Source: Eledone cirrhosa
Taxonomy: Eukaryota
Reading direction: 5' to 3'
Assembly (NCBI GenBank): GCA_964016885.1
Contig: CAXHJY010000901.1
Span: 23,001 to 87,000 of the forward strand
Length of the DNA stretch: 64,000 bases
Within the stretch, counting starts at the first letter, position 1. Each line of letters begins with the position of its first letter. The notes under the pieces were generated by a model. That model saw nothing but the letters and a program-made list of their open reading frames with translations. It made no database searches and had not been told where the DNA came from. A program made the position numbers and the translations under genes. Shown one piece after another: positions 1-13,700 of this stretch.

Positions 1-3000
1 TAAACTATCCTAAGCTAAGCTAAGCTATCCTAAGCTAAGCTAAGCTAAGCTAAGCTAAGCTAAGCTAAGCTAAGCTTTCCTAAGCTATCCTAAGCTAAGC
101 TATCCTAAGCTAAGCTAAGCTAAGCTATCCTAAGCTAAGCTAAGCTATCCTAAGCTAAGCTAAGCTAAGCTATCCTAAGCTAAGCTATCCTAAGCTATCC
201 TAAGCTAAGCTATCCTAAGCTATCCTAAGCTAAGCTATCCTAAGCTAAGCTATTCTAAGCTAAGCTAAGCTAAGCTATCCTAAGCTAAGCTAAGCTATCC
301 TAAGCTAAGCTAAGCTAAGCTATCCTAAGCTAAGCTAAGCTAAGCTATCCTAAGCTAAGCTAAGCTAAGCTATCCTAAGCTAAGTTAAGCTATCCTAAGC
401 TAAGCTAAGCTAAGCTAAGCTATCCTAAGCTATCCTAAGCTATCCTAAGCTAACCTAAGCTAAGCTATCCTAAGCTAAGCTAAGCTAAGCTATCCTAAGC
501 TAAGCTAAGCTAAGCTATCCTAAGCTAAGCTAAGCTATCCTAAGCTAAGCTAAGCTATCCTAAGCTAAGCTAAGCTAAGCTATCCTAAGCTATCCTAAGC
601 TAAGCTATCCTAAGCTAAGCTAAGCTAAGCTATCCTAAGCTAAGCTAGGCTAAGCTATCCTAAGCTAAGCTAAGCTAAGCTATCCTAAGCTAAGCTAAGC
701 TATCCTAAGCTAAGCTAAGCTAAGCTATCCTAAGCTAAGCTAAGCTAAGCTATCCTAAGCTATCCTAAGCTAAGCTATCCTAAGCTAAGCTAAGCTAAGC
801 TATCCTAAGCTAAGCTAAGCTAAGCTATCCTAAGCTAAGCTAAGCTATCCTAAGCTAAGCTAAGCTAAGCTATCCTAAGCTAAGCTAAGCTAAGCTATCC
901 TAAGCTATCCTAAGCTAAGCTATCCTAAGCTAAGCTATCCTAAGCTATCCTAAGCTAAGCTATCCTAAGCTAAGCTAAGCTAAGCTATCCTAAGCTAAGC
1001 TATCCTAAGCTAAGCTATCCTAAGCTATCCTAAGCTAAGCTATCCTAAGCTATCCTAAGCTAAGCTAAGCTAAGCTAAGCTATCCTAAGCTAAGCTAAGC
1101 TAAGCTATCCTAAGCTAAGCTAAGCTAAGCTATCCTAAGCTATCCTAAGCTAAGCTATCCTAAGCTAAGCTATCCTAAGCTATCCTAAGCTAAGCTATCC
1201 TAAGCTATCCTAAGCTAAGCTATCCTAAGCTAAGCTATCCTAAGCTAAGCTATCCTAAGCTATCCTAAGCTAAGCTATCCTAAGCTATCCTAAGCTAAGC
1301 TAAGCTAAGCTATCCTAAGCTAAGCTAAGCTAAGCTATCCTAAGCTAAGCTAAGCTAAGCTTTCCTAAGCTATCCTAAGCTAAGCTATCCTAAGCTAAGC
1401 TATCCTAAGCTATCCTAAGCTAAGCTATCCTAAGCTATCCTAAGCTAAGCTATCCTAAGCTATCCTAAGCTAAGCTACCCTAACCTAAGCTATCCTAAGC
1501 TATCCTAAGCTAAGCTATCCTAAGCTATCCTAAGCTAAGCTATCCTAAGCTATCCTAAGCTAAGCTAAGCTAAGCTATCCTAAGCTAAGCTAAGCTTTCC
1601 TAAGCTAAGCTAAGCTAAGCTATCCTAAGCTAAGCTAATCTATCCTAAGCTAAGCTAAGCTAAGCTATCCTAAGCTAAGCTAAGCTAAGCTAAGCTATCC
1701 TAAGCTAAGCTAAGCTATCCTAAGCTAAGCTAAGCTATCCTAAGCTAAGCTAAGCTAAGCTATCCTAAGCTAAGCTAAGCTAAGCTATCCTAAGCTAAGC
1801 TAAGCTATCCTAAGCTAAGCTAAGCTATCCTAAGCTAAGCTAAGCTAAGCTATCCTAAGCTAAGCTAAGCTAAGCTATCCTAAGCTAAGCTAAGCTAAGC
1901 TATCCTAAGCTATCCTAAGCTATCCTAAGCTAAGCTAAGCTAAGCTATCCTAAGCTAAGCTAAGCTAAGCTATCCTAAGCTAAGCTAAGCTAAGCTATCC
2001 TAAGCTAAGCTAAGCTATCCTAAGCTAAGCTAAGCTAAGCTATCCTAAGCTAAGCTAAGCTAAGCTATCCTAAGCTATCCTAAGCTAAGCTATCCTAAGC
2101 TAAGCTAAGCTAAGCTATCCTAAGCTAAGCTAAGCTAAGCTATCCTAAGCTAAGCTAAGCTAAGCTATCCTAAGCTAAGCTAAGCTAAGCTATCCTAAGC
2201 TAAGCTATCCTAAGCTATCCTAAGCTAAGCTAAGCTAAGCTAACCCAAGCTAAGCTATCCTAAGCTAAGCTATCCTAAGCTAAGCTATCCTAAGCTAAGC
2301 TAAGCTAAGCTATCCTAAGCTAAGCTAAGCTATCCTAAGCTAAGCTAAGCTAAGCTGTCCTAAGCTAAGCTAAGCTAAGCTATCCTAAGCTAAGCTAAGC
2401 TAAGCTATCCTAAGCTAAGCTAAGCTATCCTAAGCTAAGCTAAGCTAAGCTATCCTAAGCTAAGCTAAGCTAAGCTATCCTAAGCTAAGCTAAGCTAAGC
2501 TATCCTAAGCTATCCTAAGCTATCCTAAGCTAAGCTATCCTAAGCTAAGCTATCCTAAGCTATCCTAAGCTAAGCTAAGCTAAGCAATCCTAAGCTAAGC
2601 TAAGCTATCCTAAGCTAAGCTAAGCTAAGCTATCCTAAGCTAAGCTAAGCTAAGATATCCTAAGCTATCCTAAGCTAAGCTATCCTAAGCTAAGCTATCC
2701 TAAGCTATCCTAAGCTAAGCTATCCTAAGCTATCCTAAGCTAAGCTATCCTAAGCTAAGCTATCCTAAGCTATCCTAAGCTATCCTAAGCTAAGCTATCC
2801 TAAGCTAAGCTAAGCTAAGCTAAGCTAACCTAAGCTAAGCTATCCTAAGCTAAGCTAAGCTAAGCTATCCTAAGCTAAGCTAAGCTAAGCTATCCTAAGC
2901 TATCCTAAGCTAAGCTATCCTAAGCTAAGCTATCCTAAGCTAAGCTATCCTAAGCTATCCTAAGCTAAGCTATCCTAAGCTAAGCTCTCCTAAGGTAAGC

Positions 3001-4543
3001 TATCCTAAGCTATCCTAAGCTAAGCTATCCTAAGCTATCCTAAGCTAAGCTAAGCTAAGCTCTCCTAAGCTAAGCTAAGCTAAGCTATCCTAAGCTAAGC
3101 TAAGCTAAGCTAAGCTATCCTAAGCTAAGCTAAGCTAAGCTACCTAAGCTAAGCTAAGCTATCCTAAGCTAAGCTAAGCTATCCTAAGCTAAGCTAAGCT
3201 AAGCTCTCCTAAGCTAAGCTAAGCTAAGCTATCCTAAGCTAAGCTAAGCTTTCCTAAGCTAAGCTAAGCTAAGCTATCCTAAGCTAAGCTAATCTATCCT
3301 AAGCTAAGCTAAGCTAAGCTATCCTAAGCTAAGCTAAGCTAAGCTATCCTAAGCTAAGCTAAGCTAAGCTATCCTAAGCTAAGCTAAGCTAAGCTATCCT
3401 AAGCTAAGCTAAGCTATCCTAAGCTAAGCTAAGCTAAGCTATCCTAAGCTAAGCTAAGCTATCCTAAGCTAAGCTAAGCTAAGCTATCCTAAGCTATCCT
3501 AAGCTATCCTAAGCTAAGCTAAGCTAAGCTATCCTAAGCTAAGCTAAGCTAAGCTATCCTAAGCTAAGCTAAGCTAAGCTATCCTAAGCTAAGCTAAGCT
3601 ATCCTAAGCTAAGCTAAGCTAAGCTATCCTAAGCTAAGCTAAGCTAAGCAATCCTAAGCTATCCTAAGCTAAGCTATCCTAAGCTAAGCTAAGCTAAGCT
3701 ATCCTAAGCTAAGCTAAGCTAAGCTATCCTAAGCTAAGCTAAGCTAAGTTATCCTAAGCTAAGCTATCCTAAGCTATCCTAAGCTAAGCTAAGCTAAGCT
3801 AACCTAAGCTAAGCTATCCTAAGCTAAGCTATCCTAAGCTAAGCTATCCTAAGCTAAGCTAAGCTAAGCTATCCTAAGCTAAGCTAAGCTAAGCTATCCT
3901 AAGCTAAGCTAAGCTATCCTAAGCTAAGCTAAGCTAAGCTATCCTAAGCTAAGCTAAGCTAAGCTAAGCTATCCTAAGCTAAGCTAAGCTATCCTAAGCT
4001 AAGCTAAGCTAAGCTATCCTAAGCTAAGCTAAGCTAATCTATCCTAAGCTATCCTAAGCTAAGCTATCCTAACCTAAGATATCCTAAGCTATCCTAAGCT
4101 AAGCTATCCTAAGCTAAGCTAAGCTAAGCTATCCTAAGCTAAGCTATCCTAAGCTAAGCTATCCTAAGCTATCCTAAGCTAAGCTATCCTAAGCTATCCT
4201 AAGCTAAGCTATCCTAAGCTATCCTAAGCTAAGCTATCCTAAGCTATCCTAAGCTAAGCTAAGCTATCCTAAGCTAAGCTAAGCTAAGCTAAGCTATCCT
4301 AAGCTAAGCTAAGCTATCCTAAGCTAAGCTAAGCTAAGCTATCCTAAGCTATCCTAAGCTAAGCTACCTAAGCTAAGCTATCCTAAGCTATCCTAAGCTA
4401 AGCTATCCTAAGCTATCCTAAGCTAAGCTATCCTAAGCTAAGCTATCCTAAGCTAAGCTATCCTAAGCTATCCTAAGCTAAGCTATCCTAAGCTATCCTA
4501 AGCTAAGCTAAGCTAAGCTATCCTAAGCTAAGCTAAGCTAAGC
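1..4543. repeat. ~4.5-kb block duplicated at ~40732-45359 (offset ~40.73-40.82 kb)
   Basis: TAAAC 1/40732, TTTCC 76/40807, TATTC 251/40982, TAAGT 381/41137, TAGGC 646/41402, TACCC-TAACC 1476/42237, TAACC-CAAGC 2241/43027, TACC 3141/43937 and 4365/45181. Confidence 0.92.
2826..3299. repeat. Representative copy of the recurrent ~470-bp variant cassette (TAACC ... TCTCC-TAAGG ... TACC ... TCTCC ... TTTCC ... TAATC)
   Basis: TAACC 2826, TCTCC-TAAGG 2986, TACC 3141, TCTCC 3205, TTTCC 3250, TAATC 3290. The TCTCC-TAAGG core was counted 24 times in the window, 20 of them followed by TACC 100-160 bp later. Confidence 0.9.
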
Positions 4544-7049
4544 TAACCTAAGCTAAGCTATCCTAAGCTAAGCTATCCTAAGCTAAGCTATCCTAAGCTA
4601 AGCTAAGCTAAGCTATCCTAAGCTAAGCTAAGCTAAGCTATCCTAAGCTAAGCTAAGCTATCCTAAGCTAAGCTAAGCTAAGCTGTCCTAAGCTAAGCTA
4701 AGCTAAGCTATCCTAAGCTAAGCTAAGCTAAGCTATCCTAAGCTAAGCTAAGCTATCCTAAGCTAAGCTAAGGTAAGCTATCCTAAGCTAAGCTAAGCTA
4801 AGCTATCCTAAGCTAAGCTAAGCTAAGATATCCTAAGCTATCCTAAGCTATCCTAAGCTAAGCTATCCTAAGCTATCCTAAGCTAAGCTATCCTAAGCTA
4901 TCCTAAGCTAAGCTAAGCTAAGCTATCCTAAGCTAAGCTAAGCTAAGCTATCCTAAGCTAAGCTAATCTAAGCTATCCTAAGCTAAGCTAAGCTAAGCTA
5001 TCCTAAGCTATCCTAAGCTAAGCTATCCTAAGCTAAGCTATCCTAAGCTATCCTAAGCTAAGCTATCCTAAGCTATCCTAAGCTAAGCTATCCTAAGCTA
5101 AGCTATCCTAAGCTATCCTAAGCTAAGCTATCCTAAGCTATCCTAAGCTAAGCTATCCTAAGCTAAGCTAAGCTAAGCTAAGCTAACCTAAGCTAAGCTA
5201 TCCTAAGCTAAGCTAAGCTAAGCTATCCTAAGCTAAGCTAAGCTATCCTAAGCTATCCTAAGCTAAGCTATCCTAAGCTAAGCTATCCTAAGCTAAGCTA
5301 TCCTAAGCTATCCTAAGCTAAGCTATCCTAAGCTAAGCTCTCCTAAGGTAAGCTATCCTAAGCTATCCTAAGCTAAGCTATCCTAAGCTATCCTAAGCTA
5401 AGCTAAGCTAAGCTCTCCTAAGCTAAGCTAAGCTAAGCTATCCTAAGCTAAGCTAAGCTAAGCTAAGCTAAGCTATCCTAAGCTAAGCTAAGCTAAGCTA
5501 CCTAAGCTAAGCTAAGCTAAGCTATCCTAAGCTAAGCTAAGCTAAGCTATCCTAAGCTAAGCTAAGCTAAGCTCTCCTAAGCTAAGCTAAGCTAAGCTAT
5601 CCTAAGCTAAGCTAAGCTTTCCTAAGCTAAGCTAAGCTAAGCTATCCTAAGCTAAGCTAATCTATCCTAAGCTAAGCTAAGCTAAGCTATCCTAAGCTAA
5701 GCTAAGCTAAGCTATCCTAAGCTAAGCTAAGCTAAGCTATCCTAAGCTAAGCTAAGCTAAGCTATCCTAAGCTAAGCTAAGCTAAGCTATCCTAAGCTAA
5801 GCTAAGCTATCCTAAGCTAAGCTAAGCTAAGCTATCCTAAGCTAAGCTAAGCTATCCTAAGCTAAGCTAAGCTAAGCTATCCTAAGCTATCCTAAGCTAT
5901 CCTAAGCTAAGCTAAGCTAAGCTATCCTAAGCTAAGCTAAGCTAAGCTATCCTAAGCTAAGCTAAGCTAAGCTATCCTAAGCTAAGCTAAGCTATCCTAA
6001 GCTAAGCTAAGCTAAGCAATCCTAAGCTATCCTAAGCTAAGCTATCCTAAGCTAAGTTAAGCTAAGCTATCCTAAGCTAAGCTAAGCTAAGCTATCCTAA
6101 GCTAAGCTATCCTAAGCTATCCTAAGCTAAGCTAAGCTAAGCTAACCTAAGCTAAGCTATCCTAAGCTAAGCTATCCTAAGCTAAGCTATCCTAAGCTAA
6201 GCTAAGCTAAGCTATCCTAAGCTAAGCTAAGCTAAGCTATCCTAAGCTAAGCTAAGCTAAGCTATCCTAAGCTAAGCTAAGCTATCCTAAGCTAAGCTAA
6301 GCTAAGCTATCCTAAGCTAAGCTAAGCTAAGCTATCCTAAGCTAAGCTAAGCTATCCTAAGCTAAGCTAAGCTAAGCTCTCCTAAGCTAAGCTAAGCTAA
6401 GCTATCCTAAGCTATCCTAAGCTAAGCTATCCTAAGCTAAGCTATCCTAAGCTATCCTAAGCTAAGCTATCCTAAGCTAAGCTAAGCTAAGCTATCCTAA
6501 GCTAAGCTAAGCTATCCTAAGCTAAGCTAAGCTAAGCTATCCTAAGCTAAGCTAAGCTAAGCTATCCTAAGCTAAGCTAAGCTAAGCTATCCTAAGCTAA
6601 GCTAAGCTATCCTAAGCTAAGCTAAGCTAAGCTATCCTAAGCTAAGCTAAGCTAAGCTATCCTAAGCTAAGCTAAGCTAAGCTATCCTAAGCTATCCTAA
6701 GCTATCCTAAGCTAAGCTAAGCTAAGCTATCCTAAGCTAAGCTAAGCTAAGCTATCCTAAGCTAAGCTAAGCTAAGCTATCCTAAGCTAAGCTAAGCTAT
6801 CCTAAGCTAAGCTAAGCTAAGCTATCCTAAGCTAAGCTAAGCTAAGCTATCCTAAGCTATCCTAAGCTAAGCTATCCTAAGCTAAGCTAAGCTAAGCTAT
6901 CCTAAGCTAAGCTAAGCTAAGCTATCCTAAGCTAAGCTAAGCTAAGCTATCCTAAACTAAGCTAAGCTAAGCTATCCTAAGCTAAGCTATCCTAAGCTAT
7001 TCTAAGCTAAGCTAAGCTAAGCTAACCTAAGTTAAGCTATCCTAAGCTA

Positions 7050-8995
7050 AGCTATCCTAAGCTAAGCTATCCTAAGCTAAGCTAAGCTAAGCTATCCTAA
7101 GCTAAGCTAAGCTAAGCTATCCTAAGCTAAGCTAAGCTATCCTAAGCTAAGCTAAGCTAAGCTGTCCTAAGCTAAGCTAAGCTAAGCTATCCTAAGCTAA
7201 GCTAAGCTAAGCTATCCTAAGCTAAGCTAAGCTATCCTAAGCTAAGCTAAGCTAAGCTATCCTAAGCTAAGCTAAGCTAAGCTATCCTAAGCTAAGCTAA
7301 GCTAAGCTATCCTAAGCCAAGCTAAGCTATCCTAAGCTAAGCTAAGCTAAGCTGTCCTAAGCTAAGCTATCCTAAGCTATCCTAAGCTATCCTAAGCTAA
7401 GCTATCCTAAGCTATCCTAAGCTAAGCTATCCTAAGCTATCCTAAGCTAAGCTAAGCTAAGCTATCCTAAGCTAAGCTAAGCTAAGCTAAGCTAAGCTAT
7501 CCTAAGCTAAGCTAAGCTAAGCTATCCTAAGCTATCCTAAGCTAAGCTATCCTAAGCTAAGCTATCCTAAGCTATCCTAAGCTAAGCTATCCTAAGCTAT
7601 CCTAAGCTAAGCTATCCTAAGCTAAGCTATCCTAAGCTATCCTAAGCTAAGCTATCCTAAGCTATCCTAAGCTAAGCTATCCTAAGCTAAGCTAAGCTAA
7701 GCTAAGCTAACCTAAGCTAAGCTATCCTAAGCTAAGCTAAGCTAAGCTATCCTAAGCTAAGCTAAGCTAAGCTATCCTAAGCTATCCTAAGCTAAGCTAT
7801 CCTAAGCTAAGCTATCCTAAGCTAAGCTATCCTAAGCTATCCTAAGCTAAGCTATCCTAAGCTAAGCTCTCCTAAGGTAAGCTATCCTAAGCTATCCTAA
7901 GCTAAGCTATCCTAAGCTATCCTAAGCTAAGCTAAGCTAAGCTATCCTAAGCTAAGCTAAGCTAAGCTAAGCTATCCTAAGCTAAGCTAAGCTAAGCTAC
8001 CTAAGCTAAGCTAAGCTAAGCTATCCTAAGCTAAGCTAAGCTATCCTAAGCTAAGCTAAGCTAAGCTATCCTAAGCTAAGCTAAGCTAAGCTATCCTAAG
8101 CTAAGCTAAGCTATCCTAAGCTAAGCTAAGCTAAGCTGTCCTAAGCTAAGCTAAGCTAAGCTATCCTAAGCTAAGCTAAGCTAAGCTATCCTAAGCTAAG
8201 CTAAGCTATCCTAAGCTAAGCTAAGCTAAGCTATCCTAAGCTAAGCTAAGCTAAGCTATCCTAAGCTAAGCTAAGCTAAGCTATCCTAAGCCAAGCTAAG
8301 CTATCCTAAGCTAAGCTAAGCTAAGCTGTCCTAAGCTAAGCTATCCTAAGCTATCCTAAGCTATCCTAAGCTAAGCTATCCTAAGCTATCCTAAGCTAAG
8401 CTATCCTAAGCTATCCTAAGCTAAGCTAAGCTAAGCTATCCTAAGCTAAGCTAAGCTAAGCTAAGCTAAGCTATCCTAAGCTAAGCTAAGCTAAGCTATC
8501 CTAAGCTATCCTAAGCTAAGCTATCCTAAGCTAAGCTATCCTAAGCTATCCTAAGCTAAGCTATCCTAAGCTATCCTAAGCTAAGCTATCCTAAGCTAAG
8601 CTATCCTAAGCTATCCTAAGCTAAGCTATCCTAAGCTATCCTAAGCTAAGCTATCCTAAGCTAAGCTAAGCTAAGCTAAGCTAACCTAAGCTAAGCTATC
8701 CTAAGCTAAGCTAAGCTAAGCTATCCTAAGCTAAGCTAAGCTAAGCTATCCTAAGCTATCCTAAGCTAAGCTATCCTAAGCTAAGCTATCCTAAGCTAAG
8801 CTATCCTAAGCTATCCTAAGCTAAGCTATCCTAAGCTAAGCTCTCCTAAGGTAAGCTATCCTAAGCTATCCTAAGCTAAGCTATCCTAAGCTATCCTAAG
8901 CTAAGCTAAGCTAAGCTATCCTAAGCTAAGCTAAGCTAAGCTAAGCTATCCTAAGCTAAGCTAAGCTAAGCTACCTAAGCTAAGCTAAGCTAAGC
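7050..8995. repeat. Tandem duplication, 974-bp period (2 copies); mirrored at ~54810-56750 with 964-bp period
   Basis: TGTCC 7163/8137, CAAGC 7318/8292, TCTCC-TAAGG 7868/8842, TACC 7998/8972, all +974. Paralog TCTCC-TAAGG 55632/56596 and TACC 55762/56726, +964. Confidence 0.92.
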
Positions 8996-10049
8996 TATCC
9001 TAAGCTAAGCTAAGCTAAGCTATCCTAAGCTAAGCTAAGCTAAGCTCTCCTAAGCTAAGCTAAACTAAGCTATCCTAAGCTAAGCTAAGCTTTCCTAAGC
9101 TAAGCTAAGCTAAGCTATCCTAAGCTAAGCTAATCTATCCTAAGCTAAGCTAAGCTAAGCTATCCTAAGCTAAGCTAAGCTAAGCTATCCTAAGCTAAGC
9201 TAAGCTAAGCTATCCTAAGCTAAGCTAAGCTAAGCTATCCTAAGCTAAGCTAAGCTATCCTAAGCTAAGCTAAGCTAAGCTATCCTAAGCTAAGCTAAGC
9301 TATCCTAAGCTAAGCTAAGCTAAGCTATCCTAAGCTATCCTAAGCTATCCTAAGCTAAGCTAAGCTAAGCTATCCTAAGCTAAGCTAAGCTAAGCTATCC
9401 TAAGCTAAGCTAAGCTAAGCTATCCTAAGCTAAGCTAAGCTATCCTAAGCTAAGCTAAGCTAAGCTATCCTAAGCTAAGCTAAGCTATCCTAAGCTAAGC
9501 TAAGCTAAGCAATCCTAAGCTCTCCTAAGCTAAGCTATCCTAAGCTAAGCTAAGCTAAGCTATCCTAAGCTAAGCTAAGCTAAGCTATCCTAAGCTAAGC
9601 TATCCTAAGCTATCCTAAGCTAAGCTAAGCTAAGCTAACCTAAGCTAAGCTATCCTAAGCTAAGCTATCCTAAGCTAAGCTATCCTAAGCTAAGCTAAGC
9701 TAAGCTATCCTAAGCTAAGCTAAGCTAAGCTATCCTAAGCTAAGCTAAGCTAAGCTATCCTAAGCTAAGCTAAGCTATCCTAAGCTAAGCTAAGCTAAGC
9801 TATCCTAAGCTAAGCTAAGCTAAGCTATCCTAAGCTAAGCTAAGCTAAGCTAACCTAAGCTAAGCTATCCTAAGCTAAGCTATCCTAAGCTAAGCTATCC
9901 TAAGCTAAGCTAAGCTAAGCTATCCTAAGCTAAGCTAAGCTATCCTAAGCTAAGCTAAGCTAAGCTATCCTAAGCTAAGCTAAGCTATCCTAAGCTAAGC
10001 TAAGCTAAGCTATCCTAAGCTAAGCTAAGCTGAGCTATCCTAAGCTATC

Positions 10050-13000
10050 CTAAGCTAAGCTATCCTAAGCTAAGCTATCCTAAGCTATCCTAAGCTAAGC
10101 TATCCTAAGCTAAGCTAAGCTAAGCTATCCTAAGCTAAGCTATCCTAAGCTAAGCTATCCTAAGCTATCCTAAGCTAAGCTATCCTAAGCTATCCTAAGC
10201 TAAGCTAAGCTAAGCTAAGCTAAGCTAAGCTATCCTAAGCTAAGCTAAGCTAAGCTATCCTAAGCTAAGCTAAGCTAAGCTATCCTAAGCTATCCTAAGC
10301 TAAGCTATCCTAAGCTAAGCTATCCTAAGCTATCCTAAGCTAAGCTATCCTAAGCTATCCTAAGCTAAGCTATCCTAAGCTAAGCTATCCTAAGCTAAGC
10401 TATCCTAAGCTATCCTAAGCTAAGCTATCCTAAGCTATCCTAAGCTAAGCTAAGCTAAGCTATCCTAAGCTAAGCTAAGCTAAGCTATCCTAAGCTAAGC
10501 TAAGCTAAGCTTTCCTAAGCTATCCTAAGCTAAGCTATCCTAAGCTATCCTAAGCTAAGCTATCCTAAGCTATCCTAAGCTAAGCTATCCTAAGCTATCC
10601 TAAGCTAAGCTATCCTAACCTAAGCTATCCTAAGCTATCCTAAGCTAAGCTATCCTAAGCTATCCTAAGCTAAGCTATCCTAAGCTATCCTAAGCTAAGC
10701 TAAGCTAAGCTATCCTAAGCTAAGCTAAGCTTTCCTAAGCTAAGCTAAGCTAAGCTATCCTAAGCTAAGCTAATCTATCCTAAGCTAAGCTAAGCTAAGC
10801 TATCCTAAGCTAAGCTAAGCTAAGCTATCCTAAGCTAAGCTAAGCTAAGCTATCCTAAGCTAAGCTAAGCTATCCTAAGCTAAGCTAAGCTAAGCTATCC
10901 TAAGCTAAGCTAAGCTAAGCTATCCTAAGCTAAGCTAAGCTAAGCTATCCTAAGCTAAGCTAAGCTATCCTAAGCTAAGCTAAGCTATCCTAAGCTAAGC
11001 TAAGCTAAGCTATCCTAAGCTAAGCTAAGCTAAGCTATCCTAAGCTAAGCTAAGCTAAGCTATCCTAAGCTATCCTAAGCTATCCTAAGCTAAGCTAAGC
11101 TAAGCTATCCTAAGCTAAGCTAAGCTAAGCTATCCTAAGCTAAGCTAAGCTAAGCTATCCTAAGCTAAGCTAAGCTATCCTAAGCTAAGCTAAGCTAAGC
11201 TATCCTAAGCTAAGCTAAGCTAAGCTATCCTAAGCTATCCTAAGCTAAGCTATCCTAAGCTAAGCTAAGCTAAGCTATCCTAAGCTAAGCTAAGCTAAGC
11301 TATCCTAAGCTAAGCTAAGCTAAGCTATCCTAAGCTAAGCTAAGCTAAGCTATCCTAAGCTAAGCTATCCTAAGCTATCCTAAGCTAAGCTAAGCTAAGC
11401 TAACCCAAGCTAAGCTATCCTAAGCTAAGCTATCCTAAGCTAAGCTATCCTAAGCTAAGCTAAGCTAAGCTATCCTAAGCTAAGCTAAGCTATCCTAAGC
11501 TAAGCTAAGCTAAGCTGTCCTAAGCTAAGCTAAGCTAAGCTATCCTAAGCTAAGCTAAGCTAAGCTATCCTAAGCTAAGCTAAGCTATCCTAAGCTAAGC
11601 TAAGCTAAGCTATCCTAAGCTAAGCTAAGCTAAGCTATCCTAAGCTAAGCTAAGCTAAGCTATCCTAAGCTATCCTAAGCTATCCTAAGCTAAGCTATCC
11701 TAAGCTAAGCTATCCTAAGCTATCCTAAGCTAAGCTAAGCTAAGCAATCCTAAGCTAAGCTAAGCTAAGCTATCCTAAGCTAAGCTAAGCTAAGCTATCC
11801 TAAGCTAAGCTAAGCTAAGCTATCCTAAGCTATCCTAAGCTAAGCTATCCTAAGCTAAGCTATCCTAAGCTATCCTAAGCTAAGCTATCCTAAGCTATCC
11901 TAAGCTAAGCTATCCTAAGCTAAGCTATCCTAAGCTATCCTAAGCTATCCTAAGCTAAGCTATCCTAAGCTAAGCTAAGCTAAGCTAAGCTAACCTAAGC
12001 TAAGCTATCCTAAGCTAAGCTAAGCTAAGCTATCCTAAGCTAAGCTAAGCTAAGCTATCCTAAGCTATCCTAAGCTAAGCTATCCTAAGCTAAGCTATCC
12101 TAAGCTAAGCTATCCTAAGCTATCCTAAGCTAAGCTATCCTAAGCTAAGCTCTCCTAAGGTAAGCTATCCTAAGCTATCCTAAGCTAAGCTATCCTAAGC
12201 TATCCTAAGCTAAGCTAAGCTAAGCTCTCCTAAGCTAAGCTAAGCTAAGCTATCCTAAGCTAAGCTAAGCTAAGCTAAGCTATCCTAAGCTAAGCTAAGC
12301 TAAGCTACCTAAGCTAAGCTAAGCTATCCTAAGCTAAGCTAAGCTAAGCTATCCTAAGCTAAGCTAAGCTAAGCTCTCCTAAGCTAAGCTAAGCTAAGCT
12401 ATCCTAAGCTAAGCTAAGCTTTCCTAAGCTAAGCTAAGCTAAGCTATCCTAAGCTAAGCTAATCTATCCTAAGCTAAGCTAAGCTAAGCTATCCTAAGCT
12501 AAGCTAAGCTAAGCTATCCTAAGCTAAGCTAAGCTAAGCTATCCTAAGCTAAGCTAAGCTAAGCTATCCTAAGCTAAGCTAAGCTAAGCTATCCTAAGCT
12601 AAGCTAAGCTATCCTAAGCTAAGCTAAGCTAAGCTATCCTATGCTAAGCTAAGCTATCCTAAGCTAAGCTAAGCTAAGCTATCCTAAGCTATCCTAAGCT
12701 ATCCTAAGCTAAGCTAAGCTAAGCTATCCTAAGCTAAGCTAAGCTAAGCTATCCTAAGCTAAGCTAAGCTAAGCTATCCTAAGCTAAGCTAAGCTATCCT
12801 AAGCTAAGCTAAGCTAAGCTATCCTAAGCTAAGCTAAGCTAAGCAATCCTAAGCTATCCTAAGCTAAGCTATCCTAAGCTAAGCTAAGCTAAGCTATCCT
12901 AAGCTAAGCTAAGCTAAGCTATCCTAAGCTAAGCTAAGCTAAGTTATCCTAAGCTAAGCTATCCTAAGCTATCCTAAGCTAAGCTAAGCTAAGCTAACCT

Positions 13001-13700
13001 AAGCTAAGCTATCCTAAGCTAAGCTATCCTAAGCTAAGCTATCCTAAGCTAAGCTAAGCTAAGCTATCCTAAGCTAAGCTAAGCTAAGCTATCCTAAGCT
13101 AAGCTAAGCTATCCTAAGCTAAGCTAAGCTAAGCTATCCTAAGCTAAGCTAAGCTAAGCTATCCTAAGCTAAGCTAAGCTAAGCTAAGCTAAGCTAAGCT
13201 ATCCTAAGCTAAGCTAAGCTAATCTATCCTAAGCTATCCTAAGCTATCCTAAGCTAAGCTATCCTAACCTAAGATATCCTAAGCTATCCTAAGCTAAGCT
13301 ATCCTAAGCTAAGCTAAGCTAAGCTATCCTAAGCTAAGCTATCCTAAGCTAAGCTATCCTAAGCTATCCTAAGCTAAGCTATCCTAAGCTATCCTAAGCT
13401 AAGCTATCCTAAGCTATCCTAAGCTAAGCTATCCTAAGCTATCCTAAGCTAAGCTAAGCTATCCTAAGCTAAGCTAAGCTAAGCTAAGCTATCCTAAGCT
13501 AAGCTAAGCTATCCTAAGCTAAGCTAAGCTAAGCTATCCTAAGCTATCCTAAGCTAAGCTATCCTAAGCTAAGCTATCCTAAGCTATCCTAAGCTAAGCT
13601 ATCCTAAGCTATCCTAAGCTAAGCTATCCTAAGCTAAGCTATCCTAAGCTAAGCTATCCTAAGCTATCCTAAGCTAAGCTATCCTAAGCTATCCTAAGCT
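10050..13700. repeat. Dispersed copy of ~900-4500 (offset ~9.16-9.2 kb)
   Basis: TAACC-CAAGC 2241/11401, TCTCC-TAAGG 2986/12151, TACC 3141/12306, TAACC-TAAGA 4070/13265. Confidence 0.85.

Noticed and set aside
1476-1488. Vertebrate-type telomere seed CCCTAA (TACCC-TAACC; also 42237)
   Set aside because: It is a single hexamer created by one point variant and copied once by duplication, not a (TTAGGG)n tract.
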